Assembly (NCBI GenBank): GCA_017991415.1
Contig: JAGOQR010000001.1
Location: forward strand, 341,992 to 405,991
Direction: 5' to 3'
Length of the DNA stretch: 64,000 nt
From: Candidatus Magasanikiibacteriota bacterium
GTDB lineage: Bacteria > Patescibacteriota > Patescibacteriia > Magasanikbacterales > GWA2-37-8
The notes below the pieces were generated by a model. It saw only the letters and a program-made list of their open reading frames with translations. It was not told the DNA's origin and searched no databases. Shown here piece by piece: positions 37,309-46,885 of this stretch. The stretch's first letter is position 1, and every line of letters starts with the position of its first letter. The position numbers and the translations under genes are program-made.

Positions 37309-37995
37309 TTAGGATTGCCAATACTGCCTAGCCCACTCTAATCGTTCTGGAACACCGATATCAACCCACGACTCGTTGGATTCGTACACATACAAATCTT
37401 TCATTTTAGGAAAGACATCATATTCGATACTAAAAGATTTTTCTGATGGAAAATAATCTTTAGCTTTATTATTAAATATATATACTCCACCATTTATATA
37501 CCCCGATTGATGAATGCCTTCTTTTTCTTTAAACTGTTTCAAATGAAACTTTTTGTCATACTCCAATGTGCCATACGCAAACACATCATCTACCTTTGCA
37601 CCTAAAATCATTCCGTCGCTTGTTGGCGACAAATATCGAACCATATCTCCCAAATCAACGGTCGTAAAAATATCACCGTTTAAAATCACTACCGGCTCAT
37701 TTGGGTGAGCAACGTACTCCCATGCATGCTTTATAGCCCCACCTGTACCTAATTTTTCTTGTTCAATAGCATAAACCAGATCTACCCCATCTTTATGCAA
37801 ACCAACATTTTTTTCTAACACTTGAGATAGATGGCCTGCTGCGAGTATCACTTCGGTAATACCAATTTTTTTTAATTTTTCTAACTGCCATTCCAAAACC
37901 GTCCTACCTTTTATTTCTAATAAAACTTTGGGGGTGGATTTAGTAATTTCTCCTAAACGTGTAGACAGCCCCCCGCACAAAATAATCGCATTCAT
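37309..37995 (-). CDS. sugar-phosphate nucleotidyltransferase (NTP_transferase family)
   Basis: 228 aa. N-terminal ILCGGLSTRLGEITKSTPKVLL (GxGxR-type motif) and GTGGAI. Confidence 0.7.
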   Translation of the reverse strand: MNAIILCGGLSTRLGEITKSTPKVLLEIKGRTVLEWQLEKLKKIGITEVILAAGHLSQVLEKNVGLHKDGVDLVYAIEQEKLGTGGAIKHAWEYVAHPNEPVVILNGDIFTTVDLGDMVRYLSPTSDGMILGAKVDDVFAYGTLEYDKKFHLKQFKEKEGIHQSGYINGGVYIFNNKAKDYFPSEKSFSIEYDVFPKMKDLYVYESNESWVDIGVPERLEWARQYWQS

Positions 37996-38014
37996 AATTG
38001 TAAAATAGTTAAGA

Positions 38015-38542
38015 TCAAGCTACCAACCGAACTGCATAATAAGAAATAGTGGCTACAAACCCGGCCACAACAGCCCCTCCTAAAATATCGAGCGGGTAGT
38101 GTACACCCGCATACACTCGCCCCCAAACTACCCACAGAGCCATAACTCCCAAAGCCCACGCACCTGGTAAATTAAAAATACCAGCCATAAAGAAAACGAG
38201 AAAGGCAGAAAAACTATGATCGGAAGGGAAGGATTTCCAACTCATCAGTGGCTTAAATAAAAATTTAATATATGGATATGAAACATATGGCCGAGGTTCG
38301 CGCACAGATAGTGCCAAACCCAGATTAATCAACCAGCCCACACACCACGCACCAAACAAAAATGCTAACACCCAAAAAGTTTTGGTCTTATCAGGCATAA
38401 TATCAACAAACGTTGCCCCTATATACCAAGCAATCATCGCCAGAATCACCCATTCTGCGCCAGCCCGACCAAAACTATCAAGCAATTTTGATTTGCCTAC
38501 CAAGCTGTTAATTTTGAGAAAAATTTTAGCATTTAGGTCCAT
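38015..38542 (-). CDS. PAP2-family phosphatase (undecaprenyl-diphosphatase-like)
   Basis: 175 aa membrane protein with PAP2 motifs (KplmswkSFPSDHS ... GVHYPLD). Confidence 0.7.
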   Translation of the reverse strand: MDLNAKIFLKINSLVGKSKLLDSFGRAGAEWVILAMIAWYIGATFVDIMPDKTKTFWVLAFLFGAWCVGWLINLGLALSVREPRPYVSYPYIKFLFKPLMSWKSFPSDHSFSAFLVFFMAGIFNLPGAWALGVMALWVVWGRVYAGVHYPLDILGGAVVAGFVATISYYAVRLVA

Positions 38543-38596
38543 ATGATTTGATATACTTTAACAGTTTAACCATGGTTTGGCAATGCCATCTATGAC

Positions 38597-38624
38597 TTGA
38601 AATTATTACCAAAGCTGCTATACT
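38597..38624 (+). promoter_or_regulatory. candidate promoter for the tRNA-Ile locus (TTGAAA-N16-TGcTATACT, extended -10)
   Basis: -35-like 38597-38602 and -10 TATACT 38619-38624 preceded by TGC. About 15 nt upstream of the first tRNA fragment. Confidence 0.4.
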
Positions 38625-38638
38625 GAGCTCTATATTAA

Positions 38639-38675
38639 GCGCCCGTAGCTCAGTGGTTAGAGCACTGCCCTTATA
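38639..38675 (+). tRNA. tRNA-Ile(UAU) 5' fragment (nt 1-37, ends inside the anticodon loop)
   Basis: Identical to the first 37 nt of the intact copy at 38806 (GCGCCCGTAGCTCAGTGGTTAGAGCACTGCCCTTATA), then diverges. Confidence 0.6.
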
Positions 38676-38724
38676 TTTACTAGGGAGAGGGAAAGAGGGA
38701 GAGAGCTCACTCTTTCACCGACCG

Positions 38725-38755
38725 ACGTAAATATATCCACGTCGTTCGCGGAAAA
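38725..38755 (+). repeat. 31-bp direct repeat, copy 1 (ACGTAAATATATCCACGTCGTTCGCGGAAAA)
   Basis: Exact second copy at 38905-38935. Contains an internal hairpin GACGT-N10-ACGTC. Confidence 0.7.
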
Positions 38756-38805
38756 CATATTTATTAGCTAATAACAAAACGCCAGTTTCCGGTGTGCCAG
38801 TCAAT

Positions 38806-38878
38806 GCGCCCGTAGCTCAGTGGTTAGAGCACTGCCCTTATAAGGCAGGGGTCGACGGTTCAAATCCATCCGGGCGCA
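38806..38878 (+). tRNA. tRNA-Ile with UAU anticodon (intact copy)
   Basis: Hand-folded cloverleaf: acceptor GCGCCCG/CGGGCGC, D-stem GCTC/GAGC, anticodon stem CTGCC/GGCAG with loop CTTATAA (anticodon TAT), T-arm GACGG-TTCAAAT-CCATC (one C-A mismatch), discriminator A, CC encoded. D-arm resembles bacterial tRNA-Ile2. Confidence 0.8.
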
Positions 38879-38904
38879 CCGGAAACTTGTATTTTTTATA
38901 AGCA

Positions 38905-38935
38905 ACGTAAATATATCCACGTCGTTCGCGGAAAA
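38905..38935 (+). repeat. 31-bp direct repeat, copy 2
   Basis: Identical to 38725-38755. Confidence 0.7.
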
Positions 38936-38971
38936 TGAAAAATAATTTTCATTTTACCACTCACTAGTGGA

Positions 38972-39011
38972 TATAAGGCAGGGGTCGACGGTTCAAATCC
39001 ATCCGGGCGCA
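38972..39011 (+). tRNA. tRNA-Ile(UAU) 3' fragment (nt 34-73)
   Basis: Identical to the 3' part of the intact copy from anticodon position 34 (TATAAGGCAGGGGTCGACGGTTCAAATCCATCCGGGCGCA). Confidence 0.6.
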
Positions 39012-39035
39012 CCATCTGAGCTTAAAAATAAAAAT

Positions 39036-39332
39036 ATGCCTGGTCTAAAAAACATGATTACTGGCGCCTCCAAACTACCATCCAAACCTGGCTTAGGTAA
39101 TTTTTTAAACAGACCAAAACCTGGCCTTACCAGTATTACCCACCAAAACAAACCAACAGCTTCTTTTCATCAATTTGGAGATGCAGTGAGCCATACACAA
39201 AATAATGAACGTTCAGGAAAAATTTTTGGCAGCATTAACAGAGCAATAAAAAACAAACTTGATTCTGGCCTTAACGCTCCTTCTGGCAAAAATAATACTC
39301 CCCCTAACACCAACTTTAGACCAAAAATTTAA
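39036..39332 (+). CDS. hypothetical low-complexity small protein (98 aa, P/G/K/N-rich)
   Basis: ATG at 39036-39038. The ORF track starts earlier at a GTG inside the tRNA 3' fragment. No SD and no recognisable domain, so it may be non-coding. Confidence 0.3.
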   Translation: MPGLKNMITGASKLPSKPGLGNFLNRPKPGLTSITHQNKPTASFHQFGDAVSHTQNNERSGKIFGSINRAIKNKLDSGLNAPSGKNNTPPNTNFRPKI

Positions 39333-39352
39333 ACGCTAATCTACTGATTTAG

Positions 39353-40342
39353 TTGCGACAAACTATGAAACTACCGACAAAAATTATAATTACTGAAGAT
39401 CAAGCCAAAGAACGGCTCGATATTTTTTTATCAAAAGAACTTGCCATCAGTCGCTCTCAAGCACAAAAACTAATTGAAAACGAACAGGTTCTTCTGAATA
39501 AAAAATTAACCACCAAAGCCAGCGAACGACTCAAAGCAACAGACACCATTTCTTTTACTAAACATAAAACCTCGTCGCAATCTACAGAACCAGAAACAAA
39601 GAGCTCTACAAAATCTATCACAAAAAACAAAGAGTTAATTCCTCAGATAATAGCCGACACCCCGGATTATATTGTCATCAATAAGCCAACTGGTATGTTA
39701 AGCCATCCAACTATGGCCAAAGAAACAAATACCGTGGCTGATTTTGTTACAAAAAAATATCCAAAAATTAAAAAGGTGGGTGACGACCCAATTCGCCCTG
39801 GGATTGTACATAGATTAGATAAAGAGGCATCAGGTTTAATGGTAATTGCCAAAACAACAAAAATGTTTAACTCTCTCAAAGACCAATTTAAAAATCGAAC
39901 CATTGAAAAAGAATATATCGCTTTAGTTCATGGAAAAGTCGCCAGGGATTGGGGTGAAATAAATTTTCCAATTACCAGATCAGAGACATCCGAACGAATG
40001 GCTGCTATTCCAAATAATGGCCTGCAAAATATGCCAAGTGCCAAAGAAGCAAAAACTGAATTTTTGGTAGAAAAAAAATTCGTAAACTTTACCTTGGTAC
40101 GGGTTAAAATTTATACTGGACGCATGCACCAAATCCGTGTTCACCTCCTTGCCTACAATCACCCACTCGTCGGAGACCCTCTCTACTTTCAAAAAAAACA
40201 AAAACGGCATTGGGATGAAAAATTAGGTCGGTTATTTTTACACTCCGCAAAACTTGGCTTTACTGATTTAGATAACCAGAAACAAACATTCGAACTCCCG
40301 CTCCCAACAAATTTATCTGATTTTCTTAAGCTCCTTAAATAA
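39353..40342 (+). CDS. rluD: RluA-family RNA pseudouridine synthase (RluD-like, with N-terminal S4 domain)
   Basis: S4-like N-terminus (RLDIFLSKELAISRSQAQKLI). Catalytic HRLDKEASG motif. Likely true start at the ATG at 39365. Confidence 0.8.
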   Translation: MRQTMKLPTKIIITEDQAKERLDIFLSKELAISRSQAQKLIENEQVLLNKKLTTKASERLKATDTISFTKHKTSSQSTEPETKSSTKSITKNKELIPQIIADTPDYIVINKPTGMLSHPTMAKETNTVADFVTKKYPKIKKVGDDPIRPGIVHRLDKEASGLMVIAKTTKMFNSLKDQFKNRTIEKEYIALVHGKVARDWGEINFPITRSETSERMAAIPNNGLQNMPSAKEAKTEFLVEKKFVNFTLVRVKIYTGRMHQIRVHLLAYNHPLVGDPLYFQKKQKRHWDEKLGRLFLHSAKLGFTDLDNQKQTFELPLPTNLSDFLKLLK

Positions 40343-40345
40343 CAA

Positions 40346-40939
40346 ATGGTTATGGCTCACAAAACAGGATTATTTATTATAATTTCTTCTCCTACAGGTG
40401 GCGGTAAAGATACCGTTATTTCTGAAATTTTAAAAATAATTCCCAACTGCCAGCGCCTCGTTACTACCACCTCCCGCCTACCACGTCCGAACGACAAAGA
40501 AGGGCTTGCCTACCACTTTATTTCCCGAGAAGATTTTGAACAAAAAATAAAAGAAGGTTATTTTTTAGAATACAATAACTTCGCCGACAATTACTACGGC
40601 ACCCCCAAAACACACCTGGCTGCAATGCTTGAAAAAAACGAATGTGTCCTCTCTAACCTCGATGTAAACGGCAAACACAGTATGGATACACTGGGTATAA
40701 AAAATATCTCCATTTTTCTTCTACCTGAAAATATGGAAACACTCATAAAACGCGCTCAAGCCCGTGGCGGCATTACCCAAGAGATGATTGATAAACGTAT
40801 CCAGATTGCAGAACAAGAAATTGCCCAGTCTACAGATTATGACTACCAAATAACCAATTATGAAGGCAAGCTAGACCAAACGGTGGCTACCGTGGCCGAA
40901 ATCATTAGAAAGCATATAGCCCTAGTTGACAAAAAATGA
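40346..40939 (+). CDS. gmk: guanylate kinase
   Basis: 197 aa. P-loop SSPTGGGKDT and the TTSRLPRPNDKEGLAYHF motif. Confidence 0.85.
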   Translation: MVMAHKTGLFIIISSPTGGGKDTVISEILKIIPNCQRLVTTTSRLPRPNDKEGLAYHFISREDFEQKIKEGYFLEYNNFADNYYGTPKTHLAAMLEKNECVLSNLDVNGKHSMDTLGIKNISIFLLPENMETLIKRAQARGGITQEMIDKRIQIAEQEIAQSTDYDYQITNYEGKLDQTVATVAEIIRKHIALVDKK

Positions 40940-40984
40940 ATAATAGGCTACTATTAAACCACTTAATTACCCTTTTATATTAAT

Positions 40985-41326
40985 ATGACAGATCAAGCTG
41001 CTCCAAAAGCAACTATTTACCAGCCGGGAATGCTTGTAAAGGTTCACCAAAAAATCAAAGAAACAAACGCTAAAGGCGAAGAAAAAGACCGTATCCAGAT
41101 CTTTGAAGGTACTATTATTGCTTCCAAACATGGTCAAGAAGCTGGCGGAACTATCACCGTACGCAAAATTTCAAATGCCGTTGGTGTTGAAAAAATATTC
41201 CCTATCCATTCCCCTATTATAGATAAGATCGAAGTAGTAAAAGAATACGCAGTAAGACGAGCAAAACTCCACTACTTACGCGATCCAAAATTCAAAAGAA
41301 AAATGGAAGAAAAGAAAACTAAGTAA
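40985..41326 (+). CDS. rplS: 50S ribosomal protein L19
   Basis: 113 aa with conserved L19 core ([21 protein letters not shown]). Confidence 0.9.
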   Translation: MTDQAAPKATIYQPGMLVKVHQKIKETNAKGEEKDRIQIFEGTIIASKHGQEAGGTITVRKISNAVGVEKIFPIHSPIIDKIEVVKEYAVRRAKLHYLRDPKFKRKMEEKKTK

Positions 41327-41342
41327 TCTCACATTTAAAATA

Positions 41343-41372
41343 AAAAACCTCCTGCTCAGGAGGTTTTTTATT
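41343..41372. terminator. bidirectional rho-independent terminator (CCTCCTG-ct-CAGGAGG flanked by A6 and T6) between convergent rplS and uvrA
   Basis: Stem 41349-41355 / 41357-41363. A/T runs on both sides. Confidence 0.65.
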
Positions 41373-41376
41373 TTTC

Positions 41377-44265
41377 TTATATGGTCTTTAGATACTTACC
41401 AGTCCAACTATCTTTTCTTTTCATAATTTCTTTGGCTGTACCCTGTGCAACTACTCGGCCTCCGTGCTTACCTCCACCTGGACCCATGTCTATAATCCAA
41501 TCAGCGCAGGCAATGATTTCTAAGTTATGCTCGATAATTAATACCGTATTACCTTTACTTACGAGCCGATTAAGCACCTGCAATAAATGACGTATATCCT
41601 CGAAGTGCAGGCCAGTAGTTGGCTCATCTAATATATACAGGGTACTACCAGTCGAGCTACGAGAGAGCTCGGTAGCTAACTTTACTCTCTGTGCTTCACC
41701 GCCAGATAACTTGGTGGCTGGCTGACCTAAATGCATATAGCCCAAACCAACCTCGCGCAGAATATTAAGCTTATCAGCAATATTTGGTATATCACTAAAA
41801 AATACACGCGCCTCTTCAACGGTCATACTGAGAACATCAGCAATATTTTTATTTCGATAATGGATCTCCAACGCTTCTCTATTATATCGTGCCCCATCAC
41901 ACTCAGAACACTGCACATACACATCAGCCAAAAACTGCATCGGAATCCTTGTGTAGCCATCTCCAGCGCACGCTTCACACCTACCTCCGCCTTTTACATT
42001 AAAACTAAATTTACCTGCATCATAGTTATTCATTCGCGCTTCTGGCAAATCAGCGAATAAATCTCTAATTAAGGTAAACACACCTGTATAGGTCGCAGGG
42101 CTCGAGCGAGGTGTGCGGCCAATTGGGGACTGATCAATAGCAATTACTTTATCAATATTTTCTAAACCTTTTATTTCCTTATGTTCACCCGGCTCCTCTT
42201 TAGCTCGATAAAAATGTTTTGATAAAGATTTACCAAGGATATCTATTACCAATGTCGATTTACCCGAACCTGACACACCAGTTACACAAACCAATTTACC
42301 GAGCGGAATTTCTACATCAACATTTTGCAAATTAAATGCTTTAGCACCAACAATTTTTAAAGATTTTGTATTAGCTTTTTTAACAGAAGACTTTACATCT
42401 TCTGGCGCGCAACTAATTTTATTACGCCCAGATAAATAATCTCCTGTTAGGGAACTTTTTGTTTTTTTAATTTGAGCGACTGTGCCTTGAGCAATGATTT
42501 GTCCGCCTCCCACACCAGCTCCTGGACCCACATCAATAATATAGTCAGCTGCTTCCATCATAGCACTGTCGTGCTCTACCACAATGACACTATTACCTAA
42601 ATCACGCAACGATCGGAGCGTTTCAATAAGCATCTTATTATCTTTTGGATGTAAGCCAATAGAAGGTTCGTCTAGTATATAAATCACTCCAATAAGTCCT
42701 GTGGAAAGCTGAGTAGCCAGTCTCGTACGTGTTACCTCACCACCAGATAATGTATTCATAGACCGATCTATGGCCAAATAGCTCAGACCTACTTTGGAAA
42801 GACTCTCAAGTCGCTGCATGATTTCTTTTATAATTGGTTTGGCAATAGCTGTTTTTTGCCCTTGGCTTAAATTATCTTCGGCCTTACTATTTTGTTTTTT
42901 GGCACCAGAAACCAAACTTTGCAACGAAGAGAAAAATTCAATATTATCTTCTATATTTAAAGAAGACAGGTCAGCAATCGTGTGATCACCAATCTTTACC
43001 GCCAATGAATTACGATGCAATCTTTTTCCTGCACAAAGCGGACAAACAGCTTCACGCATATACTGCTCTATCTCTCGACGTACATATTCCGAATCAGTTT
43101 CTAAATGTCTTTGTAATAAGTTGGGTATTACACCAGCAAATTTTGTTTTCTTACCATCTACCACATACTCTTCTTCGCCTGTACCTTGCAAAATAATATG
43201 TTGAATTTTTGAGCTTAAATCTTTAACAGGAACAGCGGTAGAAAAACCATGTCGCTGCGCCACTTCTCCAATAATTTTTTGATACCAATTTTGATTGCCT
43301 GTAATTCGAGTCCATGGCTGAATAGCCCCTTCGGCTAGCGTTAATCTGTTGTTAGGTATAACAAGCGCCGCATCGACTTCTTGTGTAACTCCCAAACCAG
43401 TACAGCGAGGACAGGCACCATACGGACTATTAAAACTAAAACTACGCATATCAAGCTTAGGCATTATTTTGCCACAAGTAAGACATCGCCCTGCTGTAGA
43501 AAATATATTTTCTTTTTTGCCATCCACTACAATAATAAGTCCGTCGCTTAAATCAAGTGCTACTTCTACCATTTTCATTATGTCTTGCTTCTGAAAATCA
43601 GCGAGTTTACCAATTAGCAATTCAACTGTGTATAATTTTTTATCTGAAAATTCATACTGAGCAAAATTGTTTATTTTCATCAGCTCTTTATTCACCCGAA
43701 CCCATTCATAGCCAGATTTTTCTACTTTTTCAATTAACGTAGCTCGCACTACTTTTGCCTCACGTACCAGCGGCGACAAGATTAATAATTCATTAATATT
43801 TTTTACCGTAGCCTCTTTTCCTCGTTGGGCACGTGCCAAGCCACGAATTTCTTCTAGAATTGCTCCTGTTGTATAGGCCCGTACTGGCTCATGACAATCA
43901 GGGCAATACTGCTGTCCAACACGAGAAAACAATAAGCGAAGATAGTCATAAATTTCAGTTACCGTCCCAACAGTTGAACGAGGGTTTTGCGTATAACTTT
44001 TTTGATCAATAGCAATGGTAGGAGACAGACCTTCAATACTATCTACATCTGGCTTATCTCGTACTTCCATAAATTGCCTCGCATACGAAGACAAAGATTC
44101 AGCATATCGTCTCTGACCCTCAGCATAAATAGTATCGAAAGCTAAGCTAGATTTTCCTGAACCCGATAGACCAGTAATAACTACTAATTTATTTTTCGGA
44201 ATCTCGAGTGATACATTTTTTAAATTATGTACACGCGCGCCTTTAATGATTAACTTATCATGCAT
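41377..44265 (-). CDS. uvrA: excinuclease ABC subunit A
   Basis: 962 aa. Two ABC ATPase modules ([10 protein letters not shown] and [10 protein letters not shown] Walker A). Zn-finger cysteines present. Confidence 0.95.
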   Translation of the reverse strand: MHDKLIIKGARVHNLKNVSLEIPKNKLVVITGLSGSGKSSLAFDTIYAEGQRRYAESLSSYARQFMEVRDKPDVDSIEGLSPTIAIDQKSYTQNPRSTVGTVTEIYDYLRLLFSRVGQQYCPDCHEPVRAYTTGAILEEIRGLARAQRGKEATVKNINELLILSPLVREAKVVRATLIEKVEKSGYEWVRVNKELMKINNFAQYEFSDKKLYTVELLIGKLADFQKQDIMKMVEVALDLSDGLIIVVDGKKENIFSTAGRCLTCGKIMPKLDMRSFSFNSPYGACPRCTGLGVTQEVDAALVIPNNRLTLAEGAIQPWTRITGNQNWYQKIIGEVAQRHGFSTAVPVKDLSSKIQHIILQGTGEEEYVVDGKKTKFAGVIPNLLQRHLETDSEYVRREIEQYMREAVCPLCAGKRLHRNSLAVKIGDHTIADLSSLNIEDNIEFFSSLQSLVSGAKKQNSKAEDNLSQGQKTAIAKPIIKEIMQRLESLSKVGLSYLAIDRSMNTLSGGEVTRTRLATQLSTGLIGVIYILDEPSIGLHPKDNKMLIETLRSLRDLGNSVIVVEHDSAMMEAADYIIDVGPGAGVGGGQIIAQGTVAQIKKTKSSLTGDYLSGRNKISCAPEDVKSSVKKANTKSLKIVGAKAFNLQNVDVEIPLGKLVCVTGVSGSGKSTLVIDILGKSLSKHFYRAKEEPGEHKEIKGLENIDKVIAIDQSPIGRTPRSSPATYTGVFTLIRDLFADLPEARMNNYDAGKFSFNVKGGGRCEACAGDGYTRIPMQFLADVYVQCSECDGARYNREALEIHYRNKNIADVLSMTVEEARVFFSDIPNIADKLNILREVGLGYMHLGQPATKLSGGEAQRVKLATELSRSSTGSTLYILDEPTTGLHFEDIRHLLQVLNRLVSKGNTVLIIEHNLEIIACADWIIDMGPGGGKHGGRVVAQGTAKEIMKRKDSWTGKYLKTI

Positions 44266-44367
44266 AAACCAATTGATTAGGGCTGCTTTTTAAATTAGTG
44301 GTATATTGTACCAGCTTTTAACAAAATGTCAATCAGTAAAAGATGCAGGGCGAAATATGTAGAAAAA

Positions 44368-44400
44368 TTAAAACACCCTCTTTTATAGAGGGTGTTTTAA
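44368..44400 (-). terminator. rho-independent terminator after the cysteine-rich exported protein gene
   Basis: CACCCTCT-tttat-AGAGGGTG stem with a T-run on the minus-strand reading. Confidence 0.55.
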
Positions 44401-44423
44401 TTGAACATACTTATGATAAATTT

Positions 44424-46001
44424 TTATTCAGCAGGTACGCCTGGTGATATATTTTCAGGAAAACTTGCCGGAGTTTCTCCAGATTTACCTTTCATTTTCA
44501 CCAGCTTTCCTATAGTAAGAGGAACATCTAAAGACAATCCCCCTTTTTCTAATTCCTCTATTGGAATATAGTTATTTAAACTTTTTATATCATCAGAAAA
44601 AGTGCCAAACACTGCTTGTCCTGTGCTTCTATCATATCCTATATTTAAATTCGGCTGTGATGCATTCCCAAACAAATTTGAAGCAAATTTAGCTGCTCCA
44701 TATACTGGGAACAGCGCAGACACTGGGCTCAAGCTAGACTTAAAATCATTCCATACCGACTGCCGAGCTGCAGTTTCTATTCTAATCATATAACCAACGA
44801 GTTGCCCTCCCTTATCACAGTTCCAACCTCTATCCTGGTAATCAACTAAATTTTCATAATAAAACTGATATTCCCAATAAGGCGATTTTGATATTCCTCC
44901 TGCCGGAACAGACCATCTCTTGTCATCCCCACCATTAGCCAAATAAAGTGTGCCAGCATTTTTACATACCCCTCTAAAAACTTGCGTTTGGTAAATCCAA
45001 TTTGAATCCATGGCTTTAGTAATAAAGATACCTAAATTTACCCTATCGAGCGACTGGCTTATTTGTTCGCCTATATCAAATGCTTCTACATCAATACGAA
45101 GATGAATTGCAAGTTCTCCTTTTTTACAAGACATATCCTGTTTTTCTTCCTCTTGCGTACAGACCTGTCTATTACCTGGCTCCCAAGGACACAGATCTCC
45201 AAAGCAAGCTTGTGTTCCAGCTCCTTCTGCCAAAAATCTTCGCCCACAAGTAAATAACGGGTTATCATTTCCATCTTTTTGCGTTCCGTAATTAAACTGG
45301 TCCTTACTTGCCTTATCTAAATCTACTTCTGATTTCTGATCATCATAATTTGCATAATACACAAACTTGAGCCTGTCGCCGTCTGCCCCTTTTATTTGCT
45401 TACAAAATTTAGGAATAAGCTGCTGTGGCCGCACTAACCACACCTGGGGCAATCGAAAATTAACCAAAGCTGGATTTACCGTATTTAAAATAAAATAAGA
45501 CATATAGGCAATAAAAAGCCCAATGACAGCGCCCCCGATTCTTTTTTTAGCACCGCTAATTGTTTCACTATTACCACCTGAGGTTAACCATTGCAAACCA
45601 GCAATAATTATCATAATGACTGATATAATGCTTGCAACTGCTATTAGGTATTTATACATGAGCAAAATAAAATCCCCGATATTGGCAAACTTGCTTTGGC
45701 CACCAAATGATATTTCGGTTTTAGTTACTCCCGCTGGCAAACACTTACCCCACTGTTCATCACCTTCACCACCCACACATGGAAATACTGAGTTACCTGT
45801 CACAAATCCACTTTCTAACTCTGCCTCCGAAGGAGCACCTGGTAAATACTGCTCTCTAATTATTTTGCAATCTTTTTTACGCCAACAAAAAGGATTAAGA
45901 GCTGGAATTGCACTCGAACCATCAACAGCTGCGTTTGTAATTGGGGCAACAGATAAAAAGACAAAAAATAATAAAGCGCCAATAACAATTTTACGAAACA
46001 T
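44424..46001 (-). CDS. exported cysteine-rich protein with a VirB2/TrbC-pilin-like double-TM hairpin
   Basis: 525 aa. Signal peptide (MFRKIVIGALLFFVFLSVAPITNA), a Cys-containing segment, then two TM helices separated by a short loop (LIAVASIISVIMIIIAGLQWL-TSGGNSETISGAKKR-IGGAVIGLFIAYMSYFIL). The C-terminal domain of about 330 aa carries at least 12 further cysteines. Confidence 0.5.
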   Translation of the reverse strand: MFRKIVIGALLFFVFLSVAPITNAAVDGSSAIPALNPFCWRKKDCKIIREQYLPGAPSEAELESGFVTGNSVFPCVGGEGDEQWGKCLPAGVTKTEISFGGQSKFANIGDFILLMYKYLIAVASIISVIMIIIAGLQWLTSGGNSETISGAKKRIGGAVIGLFIAYMSYFILNTVNPALVNFRLPQVWLVRPQQLIPKFCKQIKGADGDRLKFVYYANYDDQKSEVDLDKASKDQFNYGTQKDGNDNPLFTCGRRFLAEGAGTQACFGDLCPWEPGNRQVCTQEEEKQDMSCKKGELAIHLRIDVEAFDIGEQISQSLDRVNLGIFITKAMDSNWIYQTQVFRGVCKNAGTLYLANGGDDKRWSVPAGGISKSPYWEYQFYYENLVDYQDRGWNCDKGGQLVGYMIRIETAARQSVWNDFKSSLSPVSALFPVYGAAKFASNLFGNASQPNLNIGYDRSTGQAVFGTFSDDIKSLNNYIPIEELEKGGLSLDVPLTIGKLVKMKGKSGETPASFPENISPGVPAE

Positions 46002-46020
46002 ATTTTTAATTGTAATTAAA

Positions 46021-46752
46021 CTAAAATTGTTTTACAAAGCCGTCCCATACCTCCCACGGTATGACTCCTTCTATTTTTTGACCATTTATAAAAAATGTAG
46101 GTGTACCACCAACGCCAAACCGAACCCCATCGGCATAGTCTCTATTTATTTTCACTAAAGCTTCACTTGAATTCAAACATTCGTTTAATTTTACCACGTC
46201 CAGACCAACATCTTTGGCTAGATTTGAAATATCTGAAGAGGCCAAATATGTAGGCAGGCTATCCTGATTAGTAAATAAATAATTATGTACACCCCAATAT
46301 TTATCTTGGCCCTGAGCGTAGGCACACACACCAATTTGCGAAAGCTTATTTGCGCCTGGATGAATGGATTCTCCTGGAAAATGTCTGTATATCAATTTTA
46401 CCTTATAACTATACTGACCTAACAGTCTCTGCAAAATAGGCCAGGCATTTTTAGTATTAGGACACCTAAAATCACCAAACAGAACAATAGTAATAGGCGC
46501 ATTTGGATTACCCAAAAAAGGAAAATCGCCTTTTTCAAGAACAGCTCTGTCTACAGCCTCACCTTTCGTATTTTGTTTCTGACGATCAAACCCGTTATAG
46601 ACCTGTTGCTGCAGCAAATTACCGTTACCTTTTTTAATTTGGTACCAAAACTTAATGGTAATAACACTAAAAACAGTTGCGCCGACCACTAATAAAGCCA
46701 ACAATCCCAGCAAAACCACTCCCCAGGTCGTTTTATACCATGACATATGCAA
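46021..46752 (-). CDS. DsbA-like thioredoxin-fold protein (membrane-anchored) with a CPNT active-site-position motif
   Basis: 243 aa. N-terminal TM. Thioredoxin-fold pattern (PITIVLFGDFRCPNTKNAWP ... GTPTFFINGQKIEG). The canonical CxxC reads CPNT. Confidence 0.6.
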   Translation of the reverse strand: MHMSWYKTTWGVVLLGLLALLVVGATVFSVITIKFWYQIKKGNGNLLQQQVYNGFDRQKQNTKGEAVDRAVLEKGDFPFLGNPNAPITIVLFGDFRCPNTKNAWPILQRLLGQYSYKVKLIYRHFPGESIHPGANKLSQIGVCAYAQGQDKYWGVHNYLFTNQDSLPTYLASSDISNLAKDVGLDVVKLNECLNSSEALVKINRDYADGVRFGVGGTPTFFINGQKIEGVIPWEVWDGFVKQF

Positions 46753-46825
46753 GAAATATAAATCTTATGTAAAAAAGAGACAATTAACTTAAGATTTTAT
46801 CTTAGTATACTATACTATTACTATG

Positions 46826-46855
46826 TTGACAAAATTGGACATCTAGTGGTATAAT
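46826..46855 (+). promoter_or_regulatory. near-consensus sigma70 promoter for secG (TTGACA-N18-TGgTATAAT)
   Basis: TTGACA 46826-46831, TATAAT 46850-46855 with an upstream TG (extended -10). About 30 nt before the secG start. Confidence 0.55.
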
Positions 46856-46885
46856 GATTTTACCTTAAATTACTTCTTTCTACTT

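Noticed and set aside
38733-38741. DnaA-box-like ATATCCACG inside each 31-bp repeat
   Set aside because: 7/9 match to TTATCCACA in just two copies within an RNA-gene locus, with no dnaA or AT-rich unwinding element adjacent. Likely coincidental.
38725-38935. Possibility that the two 31-bp direct repeats form a CRISPR array
   Set aside because: Only two copies, separated by a complete tRNA gene rather than a spacer of comparable length, and no cas genes nearby. It is better explained as part of a duplicated or inserted tRNA-associated block.
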